Assembly (NCBI GenBank): GCA_963766185.1
Contig: CAVXZU010000014.1
Span: forward strand, 113,128 to 177,127
DNA: 64,000 nucleotides
Direction: 5' to 3'
Origin: an uncultured delta proteobacterium
GTDB lineage: Bacteria > Desulfobacterota > Desulfobaccia > Desulfobaccales > 0-14-0-80-60-11
The position numbers and the translations under genes are program-made. The notes below the pieces were generated by a model, which was not told the DNA's origin, made no database searches, and saw only the letters and a list, made by a program, of their open reading frames with translations. Positions within the stretch are counted from its first letter, which is position 1, and each line of letters opens with the position of its first letter. Positions 10,313 through 20,072 of this stretch are shown one piece after another.

Positions 10313-11749
10313 TTGTTCCGAACCGCGATCACCATACGCAAAAGAATCATCATCGCCGCGGTCATTCAAGCCATCGTCATCTGTCTGATCTGCGGGTTCG
10401 GCTATTTATCCTTCAAGGCGGTCTTAACCAAATTACAGGCCATTGAAATCATTGATGATGTTAATATTTCCTTTTTGGAAATGCGCAAGGCTGAAAAAAA
10501 TTACTTTCTTTACCAGGACCAGGGCTCCCTGGATGAATTACTGCAAATCGGCAAAAACCGGTATGATGTGCTCCAGGCTTCACGGTATTACCTGGTGTCC
10601 GGTTTACATGGCTTAAGCGGCCAGGAATACGCCAGTTTGCTGCATAATCTCAGACATTATTTGGAATTGGTTCAGCAAGCTCTCCACAATAAACGGGTTC
10701 CCCCGCCAGCCGAGGCGGAAATCAGAAAGCTGGGCCATGAACTTACCCAACAATCCTCCACCCTCCTGGCCCGGGAACGCAAGACCGTCAGTTATATCGT
10801 CAGCTATAACCTTATTATGCTCATTATCTCCCTGGGGATCATTTTCATCGTCCAGGTCGTTCTTTGGAGGTACTTTTTCCGGTTTATCATTCAAGAGATT
10901 GCCATCATGGAAAAAATGATCAAAATGGTCTCCGAAGGCCGCTTCCACGAGGTGGCCGTCCGGACCATCACCCCCAATAACGAAATTCAGGTGGCCGTCC
11001 AGGCCATCACCGATATGGCCCGGGAACTGGAAAAACGGGAGCAGGAGCTGATGCAGTCCGGGAAGCTGGCATCCCTGGGGGTCCTGATCTCCGGCGTGGC
11101 CCATGAACTGGGGAATCCTTTGAACAATATTTCGCTCATCGCCCAGACCTACATTAGTCTTTACGACCTGTTGGGCGATGAGGACAAAAAAAATTACATG
11201 GAAGATGTTTATACCCAAAGCGAGCGTATTAAAAAAATTGTGGAAAATCTCCTGGATTTCTCCCGCCAAAAAAAGCAAGAATTAAAGGACATCCAGGTTG
11301 GGGACCTCGTGCAGCGCAGCCTGGGGCTGGTGGCCAACCAGTTAAAAATCTCCAAGGTCAGACATACGATCACCATCGCCGACTCTCTGCCCATGATTTC
11401 CGTGGACCCGCCCCAGATCCAACAGGTGCTGGTCAATCTGTTTATTAACGCCATTCAGGCCATGGAAGGCGGGGGCGAATTATTCATCGCGGCGTCCTAT
11501 GACCCGGAGCACGACATGGTTGTCCTGACCGTGAGGGATACCGGCACCGGCATCAAAAAGGAGATTCTGCCCAATATTTTCGATCCGTTTTTTACCACTA
11601 AGAGCACCAAAGGCACCGGCCTGGGATTATCTGTGAGCTACGGCATCATCCGGCAGCATCACGGGGAAATCTCGGTGGAAAGCCAAGAGGGCCAGGGCAC
11701 CACGTTTATTATCAAGATACCTGCTCAGGGCAAAGATAAAGGGGAGTAA
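10313..11749 (+). CDS. sensor histidine kinase (paralog of 61..1507)
   Basis: 478 aa, TTG start with RBS AGGGAGG. Two TM segments, HAMP-like linker, H-box SGVAHELGNPLNN, N-box LVNLFINAIQAM, G-boxes DTGTGI and GTGLGLS. Confidence 0.92.
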   Translation: MFRTAITIRKRIIIAAVIQAIVICLICGFGYLSFKAVLTKLQAIEIIDDVNISFLEMRKAEKNYFLYQDQGSLDELLQIGKNRYDVLQASRYYLVSGLHGLSGQEYASLLHNLRHYLELVQQALHNKRVPPPAEAEIRKLGHELTQQSSTLLARERKTVSYIVSYNLIMLIISLGIIFIVQVVLWRYFFRFIIQEIAIMEKMIKMVSEGRFHEVAVRTITPNNEIQVAVQAITDMARELEKREQELMQSGKLASLGVLISGVAHELGNPLNNISLIAQTYISLYDLLGDEDKKNYMEDVYTQSERIKKIVENLLDFSRQKKQELKDIQVGDLVQRSLGLVANQLKISKVRHTITIADSLPMISVDPPQIQQVLVNLFINAIQAMEGGGELFIAASYDPEHDMVVLTVRDTGTGIKKEILPNIFDPFFTTKSTKGTGLGLSVSYGIIRQHHGEISVESQEGQGTTFIIKIPAQGKDKGE

Positions 11750-11751
11750 CC

Positions 11752-12114
11752 ATGGCCAAGAAAATTATCGTGATCGATGATGAAAAAATCGTGGGTGACA
11801 TGGCGAAAAAGATCTTGCAGGCCGAAGGCTATGAGGTGGACACCTTTACCGACAGTGAGCTGGCCCTGGAGGCCATCCGGGCGCATTCTTACGATCTGGT
11901 GATCACCGACCTGAAAATGGAAAACGTCAGCGGTATGGATATCTTGAAAGAAGTGAACCGGCTCTATCCGACCACCCGGGTGATTATGCTCACGGCCTAT
12001 GCCACCCTGGATGCCACCATCGAGGCCATCCGGGAGCGCATTTACGACTTTTTCCCGAAGCCGGTGAAAATCGAGGAATTGAAACAATCGGTCAAGAAAG
12101 CCTTGGGGGATTGA
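11752..12114 (+). CDS. single-domain response regulator (CheY-like)
   Basis: 120 aa. KIIVIDDEK, DLVITDLKMENVSG, PKPV. Starts 2 nt after the kinase stop. Confidence 0.9.
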   Translation: MAKKIIVIDDEKIVGDMAKKILQAEGYEVDTFTDSELALEAIRAHSYDLVITDLKMENVSGMDILKEVNRLYPTTRVIMLTAYATLDATIEAIRERIYDFFPKPVKIEELKQSVKKALGD

Positions 12115-12171
12115 CCCGACTGGCTCCGAGGTCCACTGCGGATTTCGTCAATCAAAGGGAGGGGAAGGACC

Positions 12172-13038
12172 ATGAAGATTTTATTTGCCGGAGATGAAAA
12201 TCCTTACAGCGCCTATGCGCTTAATGAAGTAATCCGGTTGGCCACCAACACCTGGGCCGACGTGACCCTGCTGTCGGTAGCCCCCGGTGAAACCTCTGCC
12301 AAACCCGGCGAGGACCATCCCCTGGCCCAGGCCTTACACGGGTACCGGGATAACTTTTTGACCAGCGCCGGGGGCGAGGGCTCACCCTTTGCCGTGGGAG
12401 CGCCGCGGTTTGAGTGGCTGCAAATGAAGGGCGGCCAGTGGGAAGAGCTGCTGGTGGCTCGAGGGGCTAAAAAAGACGTGAAGGTCCGCCTGAGGCTGGG
12501 CAATGAAGCCCAGGAAATCCTGGCGGAAGCCCGGGATGAAGAAAGCGACCTCATCGTGCTGGGGTGCACCAAGGGGGCGCAGTGCATCTGGCAAGGCTCG
12601 GCCCCGGTGCCCCAGAAAGTGATCAACGATGCCGGCTGTTCCGTGCTCCTGGTCAAAGAAGACCAGCCCATCAGCCGCATCCTGGCCTGCCTGGACCAGA
12701 GCTACATCAGCCAGGATTCCCTGGAGATGATCAACCAGATGGCCACGATTCACGGGGCCCAACTGGAGTTGATCGGGCTTTCCCAGGGAGGCGACATGAA
12801 AAAGGACGTGTACCGGCGGCTTATCGAGATCGGCGATTATTACGAGGATCGCCAGATCAAAGTGAGCACCCGCTTAACCGAGATTGCCGACTTTGAAAAC
12901 TTCATCGACAAAGAATTGCAGCAGGATCTCCTGGCCCTGTTTATGGGCAAGAAATCCCTGCTGGACCGGTTCTATCCCCGGGATTGGGCCGGACGCTTTG
13001 TGAGCAAGTGCCAGACGTCGGTTTTGGTGATGCGTTAA
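12172..13038 (+). CDS. tandem-domain universal stress protein
   Basis: 288 aa. MKILFAGDENPYS..., DLIVLGCTKG, CSVLLVK. The second half opens with ISRILACLDQS. Confidence 0.75.
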   Translation: MKILFAGDENPYSAYALNEVIRLATNTWADVTLLSVAPGETSAKPGEDHPLAQALHGYRDNFLTSAGGEGSPFAVGAPRFEWLQMKGGQWEELLVARGAKKDVKVRLRLGNEAQEILAEARDEESDLIVLGCTKGAQCIWQGSAPVPQKVINDAGCSVLLVKEDQPISRILACLDQSYISQDSLEMINQMATIHGAQLELIGLSQGGDMKKDVYRRLIEIGDYYEDRQIKVSTRLTEIADFENFIDKELQQDLLALFMGKKSLLDRFYPRDWAGRFVSKCQTSVLVMR

Positions 13039-13044
13039 TCTTAA

Positions 13045-13236
13045 GCCTGGGGCGATAGGGAATGCCAAAAGTTTTTTCCGTTATAACCTGCTCCAAGAGC
13101 CTAAATCCCCCCTAACCCCCCTTTTTCAAAGGGGGGAACTTAGCGAAATCGCTTCGAAAGTCCCCCTTTGAAAAAGGGGGATTTAGGGGGATTTAAAAAG
13201 CAGCAAACAGGAGAAATTTTTGGCAAACGCTATATA
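13045..13236. repeat. MITE/REP-like palindromic intergenic element
   Basis: Imperfect terminal inverted repeats (gcgatagggaatgccaaaagttttttcc / ggagaaatttttggcaaacgctatat). Internal GC hairpins aaatcccccctaacccccctttttcaaagggggg ... ccccctttgaaaaagggggatttaggggga. Related end motifs occur at 56157-56170 and 59185-59220. Confidence 0.6.
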
Positions 13237-13292
13237 ATCCGGAAAGCCGGCTACGGTTCCGGAGGCTTCAGTATACGAACGAGGTGATACCT

Positions 13293-14141
13293 ATGAAAAT
13301 CCTGGTCGCGGTGGATAAAAGCGAAGAGTCGCAGCAGGCCCTGCGCTACACCTGCCATTTGCTGGAACATTTCGAGGCGGACGTTGACGCCCTCTATGTC
13401 AAACCCAATTTAGTCGACTCCGTAGCCGAAAGCTCTTATGCCCCCTTCACTACCCGGGAGGATGTGGAAAAGTCCATCGAATCCGAGGCGGCAACAACCG
13501 TGGAGGAAATTTTTGAGGCCTGCGAGATCTGCCTGGGGGGTAAAGTGCCTTGCGAGCCCCTGGTGGCCGTGGGCGATCCCGCCGACGAGATCCTGAACAC
13601 CGCCAATGAAGGCATGTACGACCTGATCGTGCTGGGCTCCCAGGGCCGCTCCACGTTCCGGGGGTTTTTACTGGGCTCGGTGCATGCCAAGATTCTTCAC
13701 CATGCCCTGCAACCGGTGCTGCTCATGCGCAATTTCCGGCCGGTCCAGAAAATCCTGGTGGCCTACCGGGGGTCCCAATGCGACCAGGGCGCCCTGGAAT
13801 TCATCGCCCCGCTCTTTGCCAAGCATAAACCGGAAATCACCATACTCCACGTCCAGGAAACCGCGTTGGGCGAAACCCCCGAATTCGCCGAGGCCTGTCT
13901 GCTCACCGGGGAGGACACCTTAAAGAAATACGGCTATACCCCCAGCAAAAAATTGGCCCAGGGCGACTTTGTGGACGAAATCCTCAAGGCGGTGGCCGTG
14001 GAACGCTATGACCTGCTGGTCCTGGGGGCCTATGGACACAAGCGGCCTAAGTATCTGAAGATGATCAGTGACGAGGCCCTTAACCTGGTGCGGCTGTCTA
14101 CCCGCCCGGTCCTGGTGTTTCGGGATAAGACCGAAGCATAA
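13293..14141 (+). CDS. tandem-domain universal stress protein
   Basis: Start MKILVAVDKSEES with RBS GAGGTG. DLIVLGSQGRSTFRGFLLGSV, and a second half with DLLVLGAYGHKRP...VLVFR. Confidence 0.85.
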   Translation: MKILVAVDKSEESQQALRYTCHLLEHFEADVDALYVKPNLVDSVAESSYAPFTTREDVEKSIESEAATTVEEIFEACEICLGGKVPCEPLVAVGDPADEILNTANEGMYDLIVLGSQGRSTFRGFLLGSVHAKILHHALQPVLLMRNFRPVQKILVAYRGSQCDQGALEFIAPLFAKHKPEITILHVQETALGETPEFAEACLLTGEDTLKKYGYTPSKKLAQGDFVDEILKAVAVERYDLLVLGAYGHKRPKYLKMISDEALNLVRLSTRPVLVFRDKTEA

Positions 14142-14260
14142 GGGCCCCGGCAATCCCGGCCGATCTCAGGTTCCCTCTCCCTGGCTGGAGGAGGGTCCGG
14201 CTGGGGCGAAAAATATGTCTCCCCATGGCAATGAGAGAGCTCTGCGAAAGTCCCCTAACC

Positions 14261-14342
14261 TGTCATTCTGAGGGAGTGGAGCGACCGAAGAATCTCATAA
14301 CTACAAGAAAATACGAGATCCTTTGCTCCGCTCAGGATGACA
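14261..14342. repeat. inverted-repeat intergenic element (tgtcattctgag ... ctcaggatgaca)
   Basis: 12-nt arms at 14261-14272 and 14331-14342 match 11/12 as an inverted repeat. It resembles the widespread 'gtcattctgag...gaagaatct' intergenic repeat class that produces spurious ORFs. Confidence 0.55.
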
Positions 14343-14695
14343 AAATGGCTTTGCGCAGAAGTCTCAATTGCCTATCCTGGCCCGCTCCACCCCCTCCCCT
14401 TGCGCCAGGGGGGTGGATCGGCTGGAAGGCGCCCGCTCCCAAACCGCCAACGGCGTATGGTGGGAAATGTGGCCGGGTATTCCCTGGAGGATTACCCGAG
14501 ATCTCAACCCGGTGGGGCGGCGGCGGAGAAAGGCCCCTCGCCTCATTTACCGGCCTCTCCTGAATACGGCTTTTTTTACAGCATCTCTTGCTCTCTCCCC
14601 GGCTCCATGCCCGCCCGACGGCGCATTGTCCCTTGACAATCTTAGGCACCCATGATAATTTATTTCTTTAATTACGCAATATTACAAGGTCTTGC

Positions 14696-16069
14696 ATGCC
14701 CCAAGCGACCAAAGCCGAAATCGCTCCCGGCGCTCTTGAACCCTATATCAACTCCTGCGTGGCCCAGGCCCAAGAGAATTTAAGCCAGTTCTCCTCCCTG
14801 GCCGAAATTGCCGCCAGGGAAAAGGAACTCAACCGCTACCCCCGTCTGGAGCGCCTCTCGGAACCCCGGCAAATCCTGGTGCTTGATGAACATGACGAGC
14901 ACTCGGAAGGACTGGCCCGGGCCCGGGCCGCAGTGCTGCGGGGAGAAATTCTCTTCGAACATGCCGCCGCGGGTGAGGGCACCCGGTTGATGCTGGGTTC
15001 CAAATATTTCCTCACCATCTCCCGGGAGATCACCGTCGAGCGCACCGCCCACCTCATGAGCCAGGAAGCCGGCCGGGTGATTGCCCCCCGGGAAGTGGCG
15101 GCACAACTGGACTGCCTCCCCCAGGAGCTCCTGCCGCTGTCCCTGGGGGCCCGCCACATGCTCCAACTGGCCTTTGACCTGCAAAACCTGGCCCGGGACC
15201 TGGGGGCATCTCCCCGGGAGGTGCTCGGGCGTCAGCACCTGCTGATGGTCGTGGGCCGGGAAATGTTGGCCCACGTCGAAAAAGATTTTTACCAGTGGCA
15301 CTTTTTCGGCTTCAACCCCACCCAGGTCTATTTCATGGTGCAGGAGAGCTTTCACGGCCTCAACCTCAAGGGCGGCGATTTTTTCTATGATGTCGACAGC
15401 CCCCGCCGCCTTCACAACCACGGGCAGATGGTGATGCAGCAGACCGCGTCGCGCCAGCTTTTCACCCTGGTGGGGGCCCATCCCTGGGACAAGAGGGTTC
15501 ACTCCCGGCAAGAGATCGCCGACTGGCTCCAGGGGTTTGCCGATAAAATTTCTTATAATATCGAGGACCTGGACTATCTGACCGGTTCCCTGGATTTCCA
15601 CGGCTTGGGATTGGCCCTGCAGCTGGGGGACCAGGGGTACAACATGGTCATGGAAGTGAGTGCCAACAACCCCGCCAAACCTCAGAAGGGCGGGATGCTG
15701 GCCTGGGACCCGGAGCTCGGGCGGGACGTGATGATTGAAAGCTTTCAGTTGGGCGACATCGAGAACCGCGACATCAAGTTCTTGAACCGCAATTTCAATC
15801 ATTATCCCCGTCCCTGGGTGTGTTGGGGCCGCCTCAAGGAACAAGGCCTGCCCATGCCCATCGCCGTCAAGGAAGGGTTCCTCTATTTCCAGCCGGTCCA
15901 GGGAGATATCAATTTTTTGGTGAAAACCGCATTCTTCCGCCGCCAGGAGATGCGCCCCATCCGCAATTTAAAAAGTCCCGCGGCCTTGCCCCTGGCGATT
16001 AATCGCATGTATGCCCAGGATTGCCAGCCCGGGTTTAAGGAATTCGCCCAACGGTGCCATCAGGGGTAA
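14696..16069 (+). CDS. hypothetical protein, possibly UDPGP-type sugar-1-phosphate nucleotidyltransferase
   Basis: 457-aa ORF. AAGEGTRLMLGSKYF resembles the L(A/N)GG(Q/L)GT(R/S)(L/M)G pyrophosphorylase loop. The rest is unassigned. Confidence 0.35.
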   Translation: MPQATKAEIAPGALEPYINSCVAQAQENLSQFSSLAEIAAREKELNRYPRLERLSEPRQILVLDEHDEHSEGLARARAAVLRGEILFEHAAAGEGTRLMLGSKYFLTISREITVERTAHLMSQEAGRVIAPREVAAQLDCLPQELLPLSLGARHMLQLAFDLQNLARDLGASPREVLGRQHLLMVVGREMLAHVEKDFYQWHFFGFNPTQVYFMVQESFHGLNLKGGDFFYDVDSPRRLHNHGQMVMQQTASRQLFTLVGAHPWDKRVHSRQEIADWLQGFADKISYNIEDLDYLTGSLDFHGLGLALQLGDQGYNMVMEVSANNPAKPQKGGMLAWDPELGRDVMIESFQLGDIENRDIKFLNRNFNHYPRPWVCWGRLKEQGLPMPIAVKEGFLYFQPVQGDINFLVKTAFFRRQEMRPIRNLKSPAALPLAINRMYAQDCQPGFKEFAQRCHQG

Positions 16070-16071
16070 TC

Positions 16072-18011
16072 ATGAGCCCACCACGTAAGATGTTTGTTAA
16101 CGCCGCCGACCCGGAGATTTTTCGTGTCGCCATTGTCGAGGAAGGCCATATTGAAGAACTGGCCCTGGAGTCCGCTTCCCGGGAACCCACCAAGGCCAAT
16201 ATTTACAAAGGCATCGTGGTCAATATCGAGCCCAGCCTCCAGGCCTCCTTTGTCAACTACGGCGGGGAGCGCCACGGTTTCCTGCCCCTGTCGGAAGTGC
16301 ATCCCGACTATTACCAGGAAAAACCCCAGAATCGGGCCCAGACCAAGATTCAGCGGGTGCTGCGCAAAGGCCAGGAGCTCATCGTCCAGGTCTACAAAGA
16401 GGAGTCCGCCACCAAGGGCGCCTACCTCAGCACCTATATCTCTCTGCCCGGACGCCGTTTGGTGCTTCTGCCCCAGCAGACCCACCTGGGGGTTTCCCGC
16501 AAGATCGAAAAGGAAGAAGAGCGCCACCGCCTCAAAGAATTGGCCCAAAAACTGGGGCTGCCGCCGGAGATGGGCCTGATCGTCCGCACCGCCGGCGAGA
16601 CCGCCAAGACCCAGGAACTGGCCAAGGATATGAAATATCTTTTGAAGCTCTGGGAGACTCTCAACCAGGTCGCGGTGGGCCAGCCCGCCCCGTGCCTGCT
16701 GCACCGGGACCTGGACCTCATCACCCGGACCGTCAGGGACTATTTTTCCCCGGATATCACCACCATCCTGGTGGACAATGTGGATGTCTTCCAGACGCTG
16801 CGCACCTTTATCCTGGAAATGTCCCCCCGGCACGTCCACACCCTGAAACTCTATAAAGACAACCTCCCCATCTTCACCCGCTTCCAACTGGAAGACCAGA
16901 TCGACCGCATCTACTCGGAGCGCGTGCCCCTGAAATCCGGCGGCACCATCGTCATCAACCCCACCGAGGCCCTGGTCTCCATCGACGTCAACTCCGGGCG
17001 CTGCACCAGCCAGAAGGAAATTGAAGACACGGCTTTGAAGACCAACCTGGAGGCCGCCGACGAGGTCGCCCGGCAGCTCCGCCTCCGGGACCTGGGCGGC
17101 CTGGTGGTCATCGACTTCATTGACATGAAGGACAAAAAGCACCAGAAGCAAGTGGAGCAGGCCCTCAAGCAAAGCCTGAAAAAGGACAAGGCCCGGGTCA
17201 CCGTGGGGAACGTTGTCGAAGTTCGGCTTGCTGGAACTCTCCCGCCAGCGTCTGCGCCCCACCGCCGAGGTCAGCGCCTATACGCCTTGTCCTGCCTGCC
17301 AGGGCCGGGGCCGCATTAAACGGGTGGATACCCTGAGCCTGAGCCTCCTTCGGCAAATCTCCACCCAGGTGGCCCAAGGCCAGATCCAGGAGGTCCGGGC
17401 CGCGGTGCCCCTGGAAGTCAGCAATTTCCTGCTCAACAAGAAACGTAAAGACATCCATAACCTGGAAGAGCATTACCAACTCAAGATCGTGGTGGTCCCC
17501 AAAGAAGGCCTGGGGCCCGAAGAAATCCTGGTGGAATATATCAAGCGGGAGTCAACGGAGGGCAAACCCGCCCCCGAGGCCAGACCGGCAGCCGAACCCC
17601 AAACCTCGCCTGAGCCCCCCAAAGCCGGCGAACCCGCAACCGGCGGCTCCGCCGAAAAAAACCGGCCGGCCCCGGCGGGGCTCCGGCCGGTCCAGAAAGA
17701 AACCTGCACCCGCACCCGAGTCCGGGAAAGTCGAGTCCCAGACCGAGAGCGCACCCGAGGAGAAAACTCCGGAAGTCCAGCCCGGCAGCGAACCCGGGCC
17801 TGAAGCCTCCGGCGAACCCCAACCGGCCCCGACCCCGAAAAAAACCGGCCGGCCCCGACGGGGCTCCGGCCGGTCCAGAAAGAAACCTGCACCCGCACCC
17901 GAGTCCGGGAAAGTCGAGCCCCAGACCGAGAGCGCATCCGAGGAGAAGACCCCGGAAGCCCAGCCCGCCGGCGAACCCGGGCCTGGGCCTGATAATTCCG
18001 ATACCCCCTAA
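16072..18011 (+). pseudogene. ribonuclease E/G family (S1 + catalytic core + low-complexity tail), two frame breaks as sequenced
   Basis: N-terminus MFVNAADPEIFRVAIVEEG...ANIYKGIVVNIEPSLQASFVNYG (S1), DSGGTIVINPTEALVSIDVNSG (DNase I-like site), Zn-link CPACQGRG. Removing g~17212 joins ...ARVTVGN/LSKFGLLELSRQRL. A second +1 shift near 17635 leads into an open frame (no start codon, so absent from the ORF track) ending at TAA 18009-18011. Confidence 0.85.
17625..17985 (+). repeat. 183-bp (61-codon) tandem duplication in the RNase E/G tail
   Basis: Copy 1 ~17625-17800, copy 2 ~17809-17985. Both encode ...PKKTGRPRRGSGRSRKKPAPAPESGKVE(S/P)QTESA(P/S)EEKTPE(V/A)QP.. with few substitutions. The offset is 184 nt before and 183 nt after position ~17635. 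Confidence 0.85.
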
Positions 18012-18023
18012 AGGAGTAGTTGC

Positions 18024-19683
18024 ATGCGCAGTGACCTGATGAAGCAAGGCCTGGAAAAATATCCCCACCGGTCCCTCCTCAAGGCCATGGGATTGACCGA
18101 CCGGGAGATCGACCAGCCCATAATCGGCGTGGCCAATTCCTATAACGAATTTATCCCCGGGCACATCCACCTGGACAAGATTACCCAGGCGGCCAAGGCC
18201 GGGAGTGCGCCTCAATGGCGGCACCCCCCTGGAGTTCGGGGTCATCGGGGTCTGCGACGGCCTGGCCATGCACCACGCCGGCATGAAATATTCCCTGCCT
18301 TCCCGGGAGATCATTGCCGACTCCATCGAGATCATGGCCACCGCCCACCCCGTGGACGGCCTCATCCTGGTGGCCAACTGCGACAAAATCATCCCCGGCA
18401 TGCTCATGGCGGCCCTGCGCCTCAACATCCCCGCCATCCTGATTTCCGGCGGGCCCATGCTGGCGGGCCGCTATAAGGGCAAAGCCGTGGACCTGATCAC
18501 GGTCTTCGAAGGGGTAGGGGCGGTGAAGGGCGGCAAGATCGACGAAGCCGAGCTCCAAGAGCTCTCCGAGTGCGCCTGCCCCGGCTGCGGCTCCTGCGCC
18601 GGCATGTTCACCGCCAATTCCATGAACTGCCTGAGCGAGGCCCTGGGCCTGGCGCTGCCCGGCAACGGCACCATCCCGGCGGTGCACGCGGCGCGCTACC
18701 GCCTGGCCAAGGAAGCCGGCATGAAGATCATGGAGTTGGTCTTAAAGCAAATCCTGCCCCGGCAGATCGCCAGCCTCACGGCCTTTAAAAACGCCATGGC
18801 GGTGGACATGGCCCTGGGCTGCTCCACCAACACCGTGCTCCACGTGCCGGCCATCGCCCGGGAAGCCGGGATCGACCTGTCCCTGGACCTGTTCAACGAA
18901 ATCAGCGTCAAGACCCCCCACCTGTGCTCCATGAGCCCCGGCGGGTCCCACCACATGGAGGATCTGGACGCCGCCGGCGGGGTCCCCGCGGTCATGGCCG
19001 TCCTCATGGAGGCCGGCCTGGTGGATGGCTCGCCCATCACCGCCACCGGCGCCACTGTGGCGGACAACCTGGCGCCGGTCCGGGTCCTGGACGAGCAGGT
19101 CATCCGTCCCCTGGCCAATCCCTACCACGCCCAGGGAGGCATTGCCATCCTCCGGGGCAACCTGGCCCCGGACGGCGGGGTGGTGAAGCAATCCGCGGTG
19201 GACCCCCAGATGCTGGTGAACGAAGGCCGGGCCCGGGTCTTTGAGTCCGAGGAAGCGGCCACCCAGGCCATTTTAGCCGGAAGGATCATCTCCGGCGACA
19301 TCGTGGTCATCCGCTATGAAGGACCCAAGGGCGGCCCCGGCATGCGGGAGATGCTCACCCCCACCTCGGCCATCGCCGGCATGGGCCTGGACAAGGAAGT
19401 GGCCCTGTTGACCGACGGCCGCTTCAGCGGCGGCACCCGGGGCGCGGCCATCGGCCACATCTCCCCTGAGGCCGCGGAGGGCGGTCCCATTGCCCTGGTC
19501 CAAGAAGGCGACCGGATCAAGATCGATATCCCGGCCAAAACCCTGACCCTGCTGGTGGACGAGGCCGAGCTGGCCCAGCGCCGGCAAGCCTGGCAGCCCC
19601 CGGAGCCCAAGATCAAACAGGGTTACCTGTCCCGCTACAGCCGCCAAGTGAGCTCAGGGAGCCAGGGAGCCGTGTGTAAGTGA
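18024..19683 (+). pseudogene. ilvD: dihydroxy-acid dehydratase, one frame break as sequenced
   Basis: ORFs 18024..18476 and 18205..19683 join when a~18204 is dropped: ...[39 protein letters not shown]. Other IlvD/Edd motifs: [51 protein letters not shown] upstream. Confidence 0.93.
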
Positions 19684-19754
19684 GATTGGCGCGGCGGGAG
19701 TATGAGGAGGGAGTTGAGCCCGTGCCCTGGTCCGGTTCCCCAGTTCAACTGTTC

Positions 19755-19787
19755 TTCTGGTTCCCAAGTTGAACTTGGGAACCAGAA
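19755..19787. repeat. perfect 16-bp-arm palindrome followed by an A8 run
   Basis: ttctggttcccaagtt g aacttgggaaccagaa, then aaaaaaaa. Lies in the ilvD-dnaN intergenic region. It is not a canonical + strand intrinsic terminator because there is no T tract. Confidence 0.7.
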
Positions 19788-20072
19788 AAAAAAGGGCGAC
19801 CCACTGGGTCACCTCCAATCTATTTTATTTAATCATTATGATTTTGTTGTCAACCGCACCGTGAAGAAAATATGTCCAACTGACTCACTTTTCGACAAGG
19901 CCCCGGGGCCGGCCCGGAGGCGGCTAGGGATAACCCGGCGCCCGCAGCCAGGTAGGAACGATTCTCTGTAGATAAAAGTATGAGGAAAAATAAGCTCTTG
20001 CCTTACTTATCGACCAATCGCCGGTCCCTTATTAAAACGACTAGATTTCTAATCTTTTAGGAGAAAACCAAT

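Noticed and set aside
19702-19971. An 89-aa ORF in the ilvD-dnaN spacer.
   Set aside because: It spans the palindrome and the AT-rich tract, has no RBS, and its composition looks like non-coding translation.
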